A stretch of 33,696 bases of DNA from Nemertoderma westbladi (Eukaryota; Animalia; Xenacoelomorpha). The position numbers and the translations under genes were made by a program. The stretch lies in assembly GCA_032718475.1 (NCBI GenBank), contig JAUCBJ010006137.1, positions 1-33,696 on the forward strand, in the 5' to 3' direction. Each line of letters opens with the position of its first letter. Position 1 is the stretch's first letter. Shown here one piece after another: positions 1-11,226 of the stretch. Below the pieces are notes generated by a model. That model did not search any database. It worked only from the letters and a program-made list of their open reading frames with translations, and was not told where the DNA came from.

Positions 1-464
1 GCCTCAGTGAGGCATAGTCTATGCCTCAGTGAGGCATAGTCTATGCCTCAGTGAGGCATAGTCTATGCCTCAGTGCCTCAGTGAGGCCTAGTCTATGCCT
101 CAGTGAGGCCTAGTCTATGCCTCAGTGAGGCATAGTCTATGCCTCAGTGAGTCATAGTCTATGCCTCAGTGCCTCAGTGAGGCAGTGAGGCATAGTCTAT
201 GCCTCAGTGAGGCATAGTCTATGCCTCAGTGAGTCATAGTCTATGCCTCAGTGAGTCATAGTCTATGCCTCAGTGCCTCAGTGAGACCTAGTCTATGCCT
301 CAGTGAGGCCTAGTCTATGCCTCAGTGAGGCATAGTCTATGCCTCAGTGAGGCATAGTCTATGCCTCAGTGCCTCAGTGAGGCATAGTCTATGCCTCAGT
401 GCCTCAATGAGGCATAGTCTATGCCTCAGTGAGTCATAGTCTATGCCTCGGTGAGGCATAGTCT
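1..464. repeat. 22-bp tandem satellite (GCCTCAGTGAGGCATAGTCTAT)n, quasi-palindromic, runs off the window start
   Basis: About 19-20 units read directly; variants include an 8-bp GCCTCAGT duplication and GAGGC>GAGTC changes. Confidence 0.97.
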
Positions 465-527
465 GTGTCAAGTCTTAAATGAGAGTCTTACAAATTCGAA
501 CGTCAACGAACAAATTCGAAGGTTACT

Positions 528-741
528 GTTCCACCTTGGTGTAGTGGTTGCGTAGAATTCACATCTCTCGTATGTCATGGGTTCGACCCCTGCATGAACC
601 AGGGCAGTTTTCGTTCGGTCAGCAATAGGTCTAACGTTGCAAAATGCAGTATTATTGCCTAGTAACCAATTCATGGCTACCGTATGGTTTTCACTTTGAG
701 ACATTAAGCCCTCTAGCGGCAGACTGGGGAACTTCATACTA
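528..741 (+). mobile_element. tRNA-derived SINE, copy 1
   Basis: A-box TGGTGTAGTGG (537-547) and B-box GGTTCGACCC (580-589); the head aligns with the reverse complement of 30205-30294; 3' motif CTAGCGGC (713-720) is shared with copy 2. Confidence 0.8.
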
Positions 742-1850
742 CTCTGTGACTCTGCAAAAGATATAGCCTATGCCATAGTAGATGCCGATTGGGGGGTCAA
801 ATTAAGTAATAATATATCTAAATAAGCCTCAAACATCTAGCCTCATGGCTCGCCCCTTAGAACTCTTAAGCAATATAACTTCATAGTTTTTAAGGAAAAC
901 TGGTAAATGAGATGTGTTAATTACGCATACCTCGCAGTCTTAAGTAATTAATTATACAGTGGGTTAGATCGTTTTGAGAATAGGACCATTGGAAAGAGCG
1001 CCCTCGATAACCTCAGTACAAAGTAAATTAATATAGATTAACCGGATATAGCTTGATATTATAAAACATAAATTACAGTAGAACAATTAGGGTTGTAAAT
1101 AAAACAAATTAAATTGAAGATAAACTGTATATATATATATATATAAACTTATGTATTAAAAGAGGGCCCTATTTAATTATACAGTATACTGAAAATGGTT
1201 AGCGATACCATAATTAGATTATCGATAGGGATGCGTGGCTGTATAACAGAAGCAGGTCTGGTGCAAAGGAAAGGGATTAGTAGAGAGGAATGCGTGATTA
1301 GAGGCGCTTCATTGTTATGATACGGGCTGCCTGGATATAGGAAAGGGATAAAGCGATGCCGGCTATAATGAGAACAATAGAGGGCCGCTGGAGCATTAGC
1401 CTTGGGCGATATACGAATTTGCTGTAGTCATCGATGGGGCTGCTAACAGACGGGACCGCTCATTTATATTTGCTTTGGGGTATACGTGTAGATTCACTGC
1501 CTGTCGTATCTAGTTAATGAATAATGAGGACAGAGGAGGGGCCCCCCGCCGATGAACGCAGTTGATAGTTGCCAGTAGGGAGCCGTATACCATAGCCATT
1601 ATAAAGTTACAAATAGATATTATGTCATAGTGATCTCGTTGGTAATATAAAAACTACTTAATCTAAAAATAGAAATCAATGTATAAAGTAAAAGTAATAT
1701 ATACAATTAATTAATTTAAAATAAAGTACAAATGAATAATTAATTTAGAATTAAATACAAATAAAATAGAATACAAATAATTAATTAAAATTAGGTATAA
1801 ATAAATAAGTATTAATGAATAAAAGAGCCGCGGTGTCACTTATGACACCC

Positions 1851-2141
1851 TCTTGGGCCTCTCGGCGACAGTTAGACCCAACTCATGACTCATCGCTTAG
1901 GAATGTGACGCCTTGGGTGTCATTGGCGCCAGACTGTCTGGGTGACACCTCCCAATTAGACTAATTAGACCCCTATTAGGGTTTAATTGTACTAATTAAT
2001 TGATGACACCTGTCAATTAGGGTCTAATTAGCCTAATTGGGAGGTGTCACCCAGACAGTCTGGCGCCAATGACACCCAAGGCGTCACATTCCTAAGCGAT
2101 GAGTCATGAGTTGGGTCTAACTGTCGCCGAGCCGGCCAAGA
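1851..2141. mobile_element. Foldback/MITE-like long inverted repeat (112-bp arms, 47-bp spacer)
   Basis: 1861-1972 is the reverse complement of 2020-2131 with one mismatch; imperfect extension to 1851/2141; recurring GGTGTCA/TGACACC motifs. Confidence 0.85.
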
Positions 2142-2947
2142 CCCTACTACTAGTGCCCTGTGTTTTCCTGGTAGCTGTAGTAGTACTCTCACCAATGCTA
2201 CAGGGGTTACATTTAAATCCTAAAGCCTTTCTTAAGAACTTTAGATCCATATCAAAATATTTTTTCTAGGCTAAAGAAGAAAAATAGTTACAAAGAAATT
2301 ATCTACACATGAGAATGTGTATATTTTTTTTAAATATAGTCAAACGGTGAGACTCTAATAGTTTTTTTGCGGTCTTTCCTAATTTTAATATCTTTGAATT
2401 AAGTTTAACACCTTGGTATGGCCATATGATTACCAAATGGCTATTTGGCTACAATTGTGGTCAGGTCAGGTATTCTAGGTCATTGACCAAGAAAACTTGC
2501 CACCTCCATGCAGCATAAAGGAGGTGCCACCTGTAGCTGCATAGACCCTCTTACTAGGGCAAATCTGGTCTTGTAACAAGGACCCCCTTCGTTCTGGGAT
2601 AAGGACGCCCTTGGTCCTGGATTAAGGACCCATATACTTGGCTGCAGGGGTATAATTATGGCCTGGCCAGGCAGATGGTGATTTACCAATGGCTGGTCAG
2701 GAGTATAGTGTTCTCATGTCCACTCTGAGTGCACTTCACTGCGACCTGCACCTGGCAGCAGGGGTACAGGGCATGACCCAGCAGATGAGCTGCACAGCCA
2801 ATGGTGGGTCATGTGCGCCAGAGTAGATATGGGTGATGGGCCTCATATCTGACTCCACTGCGACACCCACCCTGTGGAATGGCAAACCAGGGTGTGGTAT
2901 TTGCCCCGAGAGCTGACTCGGCAAAAAAGCACGCCCCAACCCCCACT

Positions 2948-3940
2948 ATGGATTACATTAGTAATGCGGAGGTCCAGCCACTAGAGGCCAGTGGAATGAC
3001 TGGACACAATCGGCCTCACAGGCGTCAGTTATTTCCTGGCCGGCTGCCTGTCTCACCCCCTGCTGGAGAGAGAGCGGCAAACAATTCTTTGAGTCCCTTT
3101 CCTGATGACCTTTCTGGCCCAAACCCTGGGTCACCAGGGAGGCCAGATTGTGAGGGGGAGAGGGATTCTGGAGTTGGAGGCTACTCTCATGTTCCACCCC
3201 GACCAACAAAGCCATTGGTGAATCTGAGGCAAGTCACTAGACTAGCCTCAGTAAACACCCTAACACTCGGGGTCCCCAATGCGGCAAGGTGTGCTGACTG
3301 CCTTGGCAGATAAGCTTTCTCTTAGTGTAGTGGGTGTTCAAGAGTACCGAATGCAGACTGGACAGACTGATGAGGTTCTGATTAAGGACATGGGGGGTGG
3401 TTGGCGACTCGCCCTCTCTTCAGCAGATGATAGTGGCAATGGTGGAATTGGTCTATTGATGAATCCAACTGCGCATGCAGTATTGGACAAAATAAACCAA
3501 ATCTCTAACCGCATCATCCGTTGCCACTTCTCATGTTCTGGAAGACTGGCTAAGAAGTTTCCTAAGGTGGTTCTGATTGTGTGCTACTCTCCAACTAGTG
3601 TTGCCCCTGTAGAGGTGGTGGAGAATTTCTACCAGAATCTACAAGCAGCTACTGATGGAGTGGATCAGCATGCATTCTTAACATTCCTGGGAGACTTTAA
3701 TGCAAGTCTGCATCAATCATTTACATCGCCCTGGGTCTATAGCAATAGTGTTAACCGAACTTCCGTCCATCTTCAGGATTTTATCTCTGGAAATGGATTG
3801 TTTTCGGCTGGAACCCAGTTCAAGAAGCGAACTGGAAAGCTATGGACTCATAGTGGACCCAGTGGTCATAAGTCCCAGATAGACCATATCCTGTTTCGTA
3901 GGAAATACAGGAGCTCTATACAAGACTGTAATGCATTTAC
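2948..3940 (+). pseudogene. RTE ORF N-terminus and APE endonuclease, frameshifted near 3280
   Basis: RLASVNTLTL in one frame, then VVGVQE, GIGLLM, VCYSPT, LGDFNA, WTH, SQIDHILF in the next: the standard APE motif series. Confidence 0.85.
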
Positions 3941-3990
3941 ACTACGACCCTCCCTACGAGGGTCGTAGTCGATGGACTCACTACGACCCT

Positions 3991-4466
3991 GGAAGTCACC
4001 AAGAATTAATCGGAAACATAAGGTCCGATTATTTAGAGCAGCAGTAGTTCCAGTACTCCTCTATGGGAGTTCATGCTGGGCTCTAACTGCTGAGGACACC
4101 AAATCTCTGGATGGCACATTCACAAGAATGCTACGCCGGGTTCATTGTGTCAGGTACAATGCACACATCTCCAACCAGACACTATATAACATTGGAGGTG
4201 TCTCATTGGTTCCCCCAAGCTTGACACTAGAACAAAATCGCTTCCGCTTTGCAGGACATTGCTTTCGCCGTGAGGACCAGCCAGTGCATAATCTTGTACT
4301 TTGGAAGCCTCATGGAGTGAATAAGCATGGTGGACAGCCCATGACTTTCTTGAGACGAATCTTAAAGGACACTGGCCTTGAAGATGCGGATGATCTAGCA
4401 AATGTCATGGGTGATAGGGAGTTGTGGCGGTGCAATTTTGTCGATAAGCCGGCACAGCATTCTTAA
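3991..4466 (+). pseudogene. RTE ORF C-terminal (post-RT) region
   Basis: WKS...KVRLFRAAVVPVLLYGSSCW...DGTFTRMLRRV...RFRFAGHCFR...DRELWR, typical of the RTE C-terminus. Confidence 0.88.
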
Positions 4467-4898
4467 AAATGCAGCTGCAATGCAGCATGCCGATCCTAGT
4501 AGTAGTGGCTACAATTAATTCACATCTACGAATCCATAGAGCTTATTAATTATGAGATATTCACCCCAAATTGATTATCTATCTCTCTCCACCTATTGGT
4601 ACTTCTATGATACATGGAGATTTTTGTAGAGTTACCCGACTCTGATAATTATTTTCCATTATGAATTCTCCATAAAAAAATCTACATTTTAGTAGGCCTA
4701 TACTGCAATCGAGGCAACAGCCTCGATTGCAGTTTGTGATTGCTTCTTTTAATCTTAAAAGATTGATAAATATTGTACAAAAGTTCAACATATTTTCCCA
4801 TTTGATTTCCAAATAAAATTGATGACTATTTGCGAGAAAATGGACCTGTTTGCAGAATGTTCTAGTATCTATGAGTGAGATACAGAATCTGCGTACAT

Positions 4899-6087
4899 CC
4901 ACACTACCAAAGTCACCCACACTACCAAAGTCACCCACACTACCAAAGTCACCCACACAACCAAAGTCACCCCACACACTACCAAAGTCACCCCACACAC
5001 TACCAAAGTCACCCACACTAACAAAGTCACCCACACTACCAAAGTCACCAACACTACCAAAGACACCCACACTACCAAAGTCACCAACACTACCAAAGTC
5101 ACCCACACTACCAAAGTCACCCACACTACCAAAGTCACCCACGCAACCAAAGTCACACCACACACTACCAAAGTCACCCCACACAATACCAAAGTCACCC
5201 ACACTAACAAAGTCACCCACACTACCAAAGCCACCAACACTACCAAAGACACCCACACTACCAAAGTCATCCACACTACCAAAGTCACCCACACCACCAA
5301 AGTCACCCAAAATAACAAAGTTACCGATACTACCAAAGTCACCCACACTACCAAAGTCACCCAAAATAACAAAGTTACCGATACTACCAAAGTCACCCAC
5401 ACTACCAAAGTCACCCCACACACTACTAAAGTCACCCCACACACCACCAAAGTCGCCCACACTAACAAAGTCACCTACACTAACAAAGTCACCACACGCC
5501 ACACTACCAAAGTCACCAACACTACCAAAGTCACCCACACTACCAAAGTCACCCACACTACCAAAGTCACCCTCACTACCAAAGTCACCCCACACACTAC
5601 CAAAGTCACCCCACACACCACCAAAGTCGCCCACACTAACAAAGTCACCTACACTAACAAAGTCACCCACACGCCACACTACCAAAGTCACCAACACTAC
5701 CAAAGACACCCACACTACCAAAGTCACCCAAACTACCAAAGTCACCCACATTACCAAAGTCACCCACACTACCAAAGTTCCCCACACTACGAAAGTCACC
5801 CACACTACCAAAGTCACCCACACTACCAAAGTCACCCAGACTACCAAAGTCATCCAGACTACCAAAGTTACCCACACTAAAAAAGTCACCCACACTACCA
5901 AAGTTCCCGACACTACCAAAGTCATCCAGACTACCAAAGTTACCCACACTACCAAAGTCACCCACACTACCAAAGTCGTCCACACTACCAAAGTCGTCCA
6001 CACTACCAAAGTTACCGACACTACCAAAGTCATCCACACTACCATAGTTACCCACAATACCGAAATCACCCACACTACCCACCCCAA
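4899..6087. repeat. 18-bp minisatellite (CCACACTACCAAAGTCAC)n with 21-bp variants
   Basis: More than 60 tandem units; it generates the repetitive ORFs called on both strands (PKSPTL, TTKVTH, VGDFGS, VTLVVW). Confidence 0.97.
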
Positions 6088-6203
6088 ATAGCCCATTGCC
6101 AGGTCCAACAAACCTCGAACCTTTTATGATTCCTGACTTTCCTGGACTTCTACAAAATATCAATATAACTTATTGTTGGGCACAGCTTTTGCAAGGTCGG
6201 CAG

Positions 6204-6277
6204 TGACGTCCAGGTGGGATCGAACTGGTGACCTCCGGGTTGGAAGTCTGACCGTCTAACCATTCAGCTAGCGGCTC
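6204..6277 (-). pseudogene. tRNA-like head (SINE head or tRNA pseudogene, Gly-TCC-like loop)
   Basis: Minus strand: A-box TAGCTGAATGG, loop CTTCCAA, B-box GTTCGATCCC; anticodon and acceptor stems do not pair. Confidence 0.6.
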
Positions 6278-7550
6278 AGGTAATAGAGAGACCTGGAAAT
6301 ACTATCTGATACCTTGTATGTCCGCAATTTACCTCCTCATGGCCTCCCATCTGTCATACCATCATACGCTGCCACTGTGCTCAACCCTACGGTACTTGGT
6401 CCTGACCATAACACCAGTAATAAATTACAAAATATCAATCCATGCAGAATGTTGACGCATCAGTTGCTGTTTTGCTCATAAACTCCCCCTACCAGGAGGA
6501 TGGTCCCGGCTCGTATCGCGATCCTGGTATACGAATAATCTACCTTTACCGCTGCGACCTACTTTAGTTTCCTGATGAAGCAGTTGTGTGGTTAATAGCT
6601 ATCCATCTCTGAATGTATCGGAATTACCGGAAATTATTTTGAATTAAATGCATTATAGGCGTAATATATAATATATCCTCACTCATGCACGCTCATTAGA
6701 AATTAAATTTATACATATTCGGTTCCCTGGTACTAAAAGTTTACACATGCCGTATTAACTGAATGTGCAATGCGCCTAATGAATTCCTAATAACGAATGG
6801 CCTTCCTTAATTTACTGTACCACTAGGCACTAGCAGTATTAGCAACTACATAATACTAAAATACAGAGGGATTATTTTGAGATTATATGTTTTAATCTTC
6901 ATAATATTATTCCTGAGTTCCTTGAAAATGAAAAATAGGGAAATTAATTTATCCTTTTTAATTTCCTTTAATAGTCTTTTATCTGTCAAATGAATTGATA
7001 TTCGGGCCTTGAATCTCTTTATCTTCTACATCTTTTTGATTTTGACAAATCTAATGTCGTATTGGCTTAGTTAATAATGATGAGTGACTAATAATTATAG
7101 TCAGAAAATCCCTCAAATACAATACTTTAATCATAAAATGGAAGTCAGGAAAACGAAACCAGAAAAAAACAATGGACGCCTCAATAAAGGAATATCCTTT
7201 CTTTCTGACGTTAATATCAATTTTATCTTCCATGTTCTCTTTCATTCGAGCTACACATACTGCAAATTCATGATGGTTGGTCGAAATAGGAACAAATAAC
7301 TTAAATATACTTCCTTGTTCAAAAATAGCATTTATTGCGGCACAATTTTTTCAAAATGTGTTTTTCGTGCCTTTTATATCCCATATTTAAATAATAAATA
7401 ACAATACATTTATCGTGATGTTTTTTGAAAAATTCTGTAATTCTGATATGTTTTATGATATGTAGTTAATATTTAAGCAATGTTACTACACTTTTTTGAA
7501 TAGTATAATAAAAATCCATTAAAATATCCTTATAAATAAAAAGTTGTATG

Positions 7551-9203
7551 ATTAACTGCGAGATATAAAGCTCGTTCAACCTAATTGGTTCGGACCACTG
7601 CAGAGATCAGACTCAGTTTGAGAGTCAGCAAACCCAGGACAAGCAAGCGAATCAACTATGACTGGGAGAAACTCAGAAGTGACAATGCAATAAAGCTTAC
7701 ACAGTAGAAGTTCAAAACCGCTTTGAAGCACTTCAGTTAATTGATGAAGAACAGTCCACAGATTCAATATACCAGAATATAATAAAAGCCCACAAGGAAT
7801 CAGCAAGAGGCATATCCCCCAGAAACCCAAACGAAAACAGTATGTGCCATGGCAAAACTCTGAGGTTACTTGTAAGAGAGAAGATGAACAACCAACAACC
7901 GAAAACATCAACAAGGCTGAGAAAGCTAAGGAAGATCTTAAATTGGCCTACAACATTAGCCGGGAGAAGTAAATACTGGACAAGATTGCAAGAAGTTACA
8001 ACTGCTCACATACAGCAACAATCAAGACTTACCTGGCAAACAGTAAATGAGGTATCTGGTCGGAAAAGTTGTGCAAAGTGGCGCCTCAAAGCCGATAGTC
8101 CCGAAGAACGTGTTGGGAAGTGGAAAAATCACTTCAGCAACTTGCTTGGGCAGCCACCAAACATCGAGGTCAGCCCTACAAGGAAAATATATGACAAGAC
8201 ACTACCTATAGAAACAGGGGACTTCACACCTGCCGAACTCCAAAGAAGCATTAAAAGCATGTCTATATCCAATCATAAAGCGAGTGGATTAGTGAAATCC
8301 CTGTAGAGGAATGGAAAACAGGAATGTTAAACAGACCATTATTGGATGTCTGCAACCGGATGCTGAAAGGGGAAAAGCCACCACAAATTTGGACAAAAGG
8401 TCAACTAAAGCCTCTCCCTAAGAAATGAGACCTCGGTGTACCAACAAACTATCGTGAGATCTGTCTGCTTGAGGTAGCTGCCAAAATATACAATAAAATG
8501 ATTCTATATAGGATTAGGCCTCACATAGAGAAACTACTGCGTAAGAGCCAAAACGGATTTCGTCCAAATAGATCAACAATCGCTCAGATACTTGCGCTAT
8601 GGAGACTGATTGAGGGAATTAAGTCAAAGAATCTCCCCGCAGTCATGACTTTTGTGGACTTCAAGAAAGCATTTGGCTCAATCCATAGCGGTAAAATGCT
8701 GGAAAACCTAAGAGCTTATAGAATATCACAGGTAATTATTGTGGCTGGCATTGGTTTATTATATTGTGACACAGAAGCGCAGGTACTCTCACCAGATGGT
8801 GAAACTGAGTTGTTCTCAATCCTGGCTGGGGTACTGCAAGGTGACACATTAGCACCATTACTATTTGTAATTGTACTGGATTACCCAAAGAGGACGGCCA
8901 AAAATAGTGAAGATCTGGTATTCACACTACAAGAACGCATAAGTAGTAGATATCCTGCAACTACAGTCACAGACACCGACTTTGCGGATGACATCGCCCT
9001 GCTCTCTAATACGCTAGCAGATGCACAGCTTCTACTAAATAAAGTGGAGAGGGCTGCTAAGGAGGTTGGACTGCATATAGTTGCAACCAAGACTGAATTC
9101 ATTCATGACTTTACAAAGACATAGAAGTTAGGAAAGCAAAGGCTTGGGTAGCTCTATCAAAAATAGATACCATCTGGAAATCAGATCTCTCCAGGCACTT
9201 AGA
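7551..9203 (+). pseudogene. Decayed RTE-clade LINE fragment (end of endonuclease through RT), with stops and frameshifts
   Basis: NCEI*SSFNLIGSDH at the start; QNGFRPNRST, FVDFKKAF, GVLQGDTLAPLLF, DFADDIALL; ends at KAKAWVALSKIDTIWKSDLSRHL. Confidence 0.9.
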
Positions 9204-9239
9204 TGTTAAAATGCCTAGGCAATTGTATGTACGCATTAA

Positions 9240-9540
9240 AAGGTACACTTTTTTTTTTATAAGAACACAGTTTTTAAGAACACAAGGCTCGAATTCGCGA
9301 AAAAATTAAGTACATTCTAAGAATAATTTGAGGCTCAGATTTCACAAAGTGAGTTAAGTAAAATTTGTGTATAAGTATACAGTAGGCTACAGCAACAAAT
9401 TAAGTCAAATCGGTACAGTAGTAGGCCTGTACCTAAGTGAATCAGTTATTAAGTAAAATTATCTCAACATGTCTGCGGTTGTTATGTAATCAAAGCTTTT
9501 TCAAAGAACAGTTAAGAACAATTGAGTCTGAAAGTTCGAG
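9240..9540. repeat. Probable non-autonomous DNA transposon fragment with repeated TAAGAAC motifs
   Basis: TAAGAAC(A) recurs at about 9260, 9275 and 9512, with related variants between; termini unresolved. Confidence 0.35.
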
Positions 9541-9548
9541 ATATTTTA

Positions 9549-10297
9549 GGGGGGGGGGGGGGGGGGGGGGTGGGTTATAGCCCCCCCCCCCCCCTTGAAC
9601 CTTTTTTTAAAATGGCTGTCAATCGATCAGCGTCATCGATTCTACAAAAGTTATCTTATATAATTTTTAATTAGCCTTTTTATTTTAATTAATTAATTCA
9701 ATTAATTAATTATCATATTTTTAATTAAAATTGACTAATTACACAAAATGGTAATATTTATCATAATTCCATAAGATAACTTTTAAACAGCTTCCAAAGC
9801 TCGTTCGAATGAGCCAAAATCGAAGAAAATTGGTTGAAAAATTACGAAGGAGTAGTAATTTGAAAATTAAAAATGTCATTCCGAGAAAATGCCCTTCAAA
9901 GTTTAAACCGTCCCACCAAAATTGGCTGTCTGTGTTCTGGTTGGTTAATTATTTCTGGCACGAAGGATGCACACCAAAGAGATAAAATGTTCATTACGGG
10001 GGTTTTCGGGGTCGCTGATTTCATTTCAGATGTCAGTTTTAATTTTTGGTGGAATCTAGTCTATCTGTCTGTATGTCGGTCTTCTGTCTTTCTTACAATT
10101 TGACTGACAGACCGTCATAGGAAAAACAGTTATAACTCGAGAACTAAATGAGGTCTCACTAAGCGGTTTTCAGATTTTAATCCCCATTAAATTTTCCTCT
10201 AGACGAAATGAAGAAACAACAATTTGAAAATTTGAGCAAAGGGGGGGGGGGGGGGATACCCTCCCGTACCAACCGTTCAACACGTCGTAACAACCAA
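9549..10297. mobile_element. Unclassified repeat-like segment with G/C homopolymer tracts abutting the Academ XPG fragment
   Basis: Poly-G/poly-C at 9549-9594 and 10241-10255; GGGTTTTCGGGGTCGCTGAT motif (~9999-10019) shared with elements at 25968-26660 and 27504; Academ similarity stops at ~10297. Confidence 0.4.
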
Positions 10298-10661
10298 CCT
10301 TGCTTGTTACGTCACACCCACTAAGTATGTGAGCCTTCATTATCACATTACATGTTAATGATCCAAGCTTTAGCGTTATTTCATGTAGACTCAAATATCT
10401 TTTTTTATTTTTGGAACCAACTCTAAGCCATAACTCTAAAATTCCAAGTTTGAGGAAATAGTGCATAAAGTATAATAATATAACAACAACATTGGTATCA
10501 TTTGACAAAACTAAGACACGTCGCTGGCCGTTGTTTATTGAATGTTGTATGTGTGGTATTAGTCTCATATCGGCTTCTTCTAGATTGGATATCCAATGTT
10601 CAATGTTGGTCTCAGTATAGTTGTATATCTTAGTTGCTTCTTCATTCACATTACTACCCAT
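10297..10661 (-). pseudogene. XPG/FEN1-like (PIN-H3TH) nuclease fragment of an Academ-type transposase
   Basis: SNLEEADMRLIPH, VLSNDTNVVVILL, LW..VG....RY...HEI...LG...C, HILSGCDVTSK match the EEAD/SxDTD/HxLxGCD motif series. Confidence 0.75.
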
Positions 10662-10932
10662 AACCCTGCCAGATAAAACGACAACATACCAGATACATTT
10701 AACCAGATTCAGAACAAATTCAAAATCTCAACATCCCTGTTTAACTTCCCCTAATTCAAGTATCTCAGGCTCACATTGAAGTCATTAGGAATGCTTGACT
10801 TTTCAACAGTGGAAAAAAATGGCGTTATCTTCTGTATCTTCTGGCAAGGCAACTTCCCAGGTATATTTATGTTATTAAGCCATGAACGCCATGAACAGGC
10901 CGCACTTGAAATATAACCTGTATCGTATCGTA

Positions 10933-11043
10933 TCCAACTGTATCTTGATCACTATGGGACCCTGATAGGGATGATTTATCAGGGTGATCAAAATTATCTA
11001 ATGCTCCCATTGTAAAGGAGTCTGACACAAAGTGACTAGGCAA
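10933..11043 (-). pseudogene. Academ transposase fragment (not in the ORF track)
   Basis: Manual translation LPSHFVSDSFTMGALDNFDHPDKSSLSGSHSDQDTVG resembles the recalled DNFDH...SG...HDTV motif; VIFQ and KLPCQ peptides follow. Confidence 0.65.
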
Positions 11044-11087
11044 AGAAGTATTTTAAATCCAGCACATGTTGCAACTTTGTATTTAGC

Positions 11088-11226
11088 AGGGACTGGGATC
11101 AAATCGAAATCGAATTGAACGAATTTCACTGGGTCGAAATCGAATCGAAAGCTATTTTTCCAGAAAGCGAATCGAAAAATGACGAAATCGAATCGAAAAT
11201 CGAAAGAAAATGTTCGATTCGATTCA
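11088..11226 (+). repeat. hAT-like MITE end (CAGGGACTGG) with clustered ATCGAA repeats, nested in the Academ remnant
   Basis: CAGGG start followed by many ATCGAA/TTCGAT motifs; no second terminus found. Confidence 0.4.

Larger units (their letters stand above)
2457..4505 (+). mobile_element. RTE-clade non-LTR retrotransposon with both ends and TSD, RT domain internally deleted
   Basis: TSD TGGCTACAATT at 2446-2456 and 4506-4516; (TAG)n tail from 4497; APE endonuclease directly followed by the RTE post-RT C-terminal region. Confidence 0.88.

Noticed and set aside
750-1850. Moderately GC-rich stretch (~1220-1600) as a possible exon or element interior
   Set aside because: The frames I translated contain stops and no recognisable motif; left unannotated.
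4579-6163. Long ORFs on both strands (KSP-rich, VGDFGS and VTLVVW repeats) resembling neurofilament, mucin or membrane proteins
   Set aside because: They are translations of an 18-bp minisatellite open in several frames; the peptide changes register mid-array and has no unique domain.
6204-6277. Functional tRNA-Gly gene (also considered for 528-600 and 30220-30294)
   Set aside because: A and B boxes are present but the cloverleaf stems do not pair.
6490-6600. Possible degenerate tRNA-like head (minus strand) and a CTGATGA hammerhead core at ~6573
   Set aside because: Boxes are too degenerate; no GAAA and stem II follow CTGATGA.
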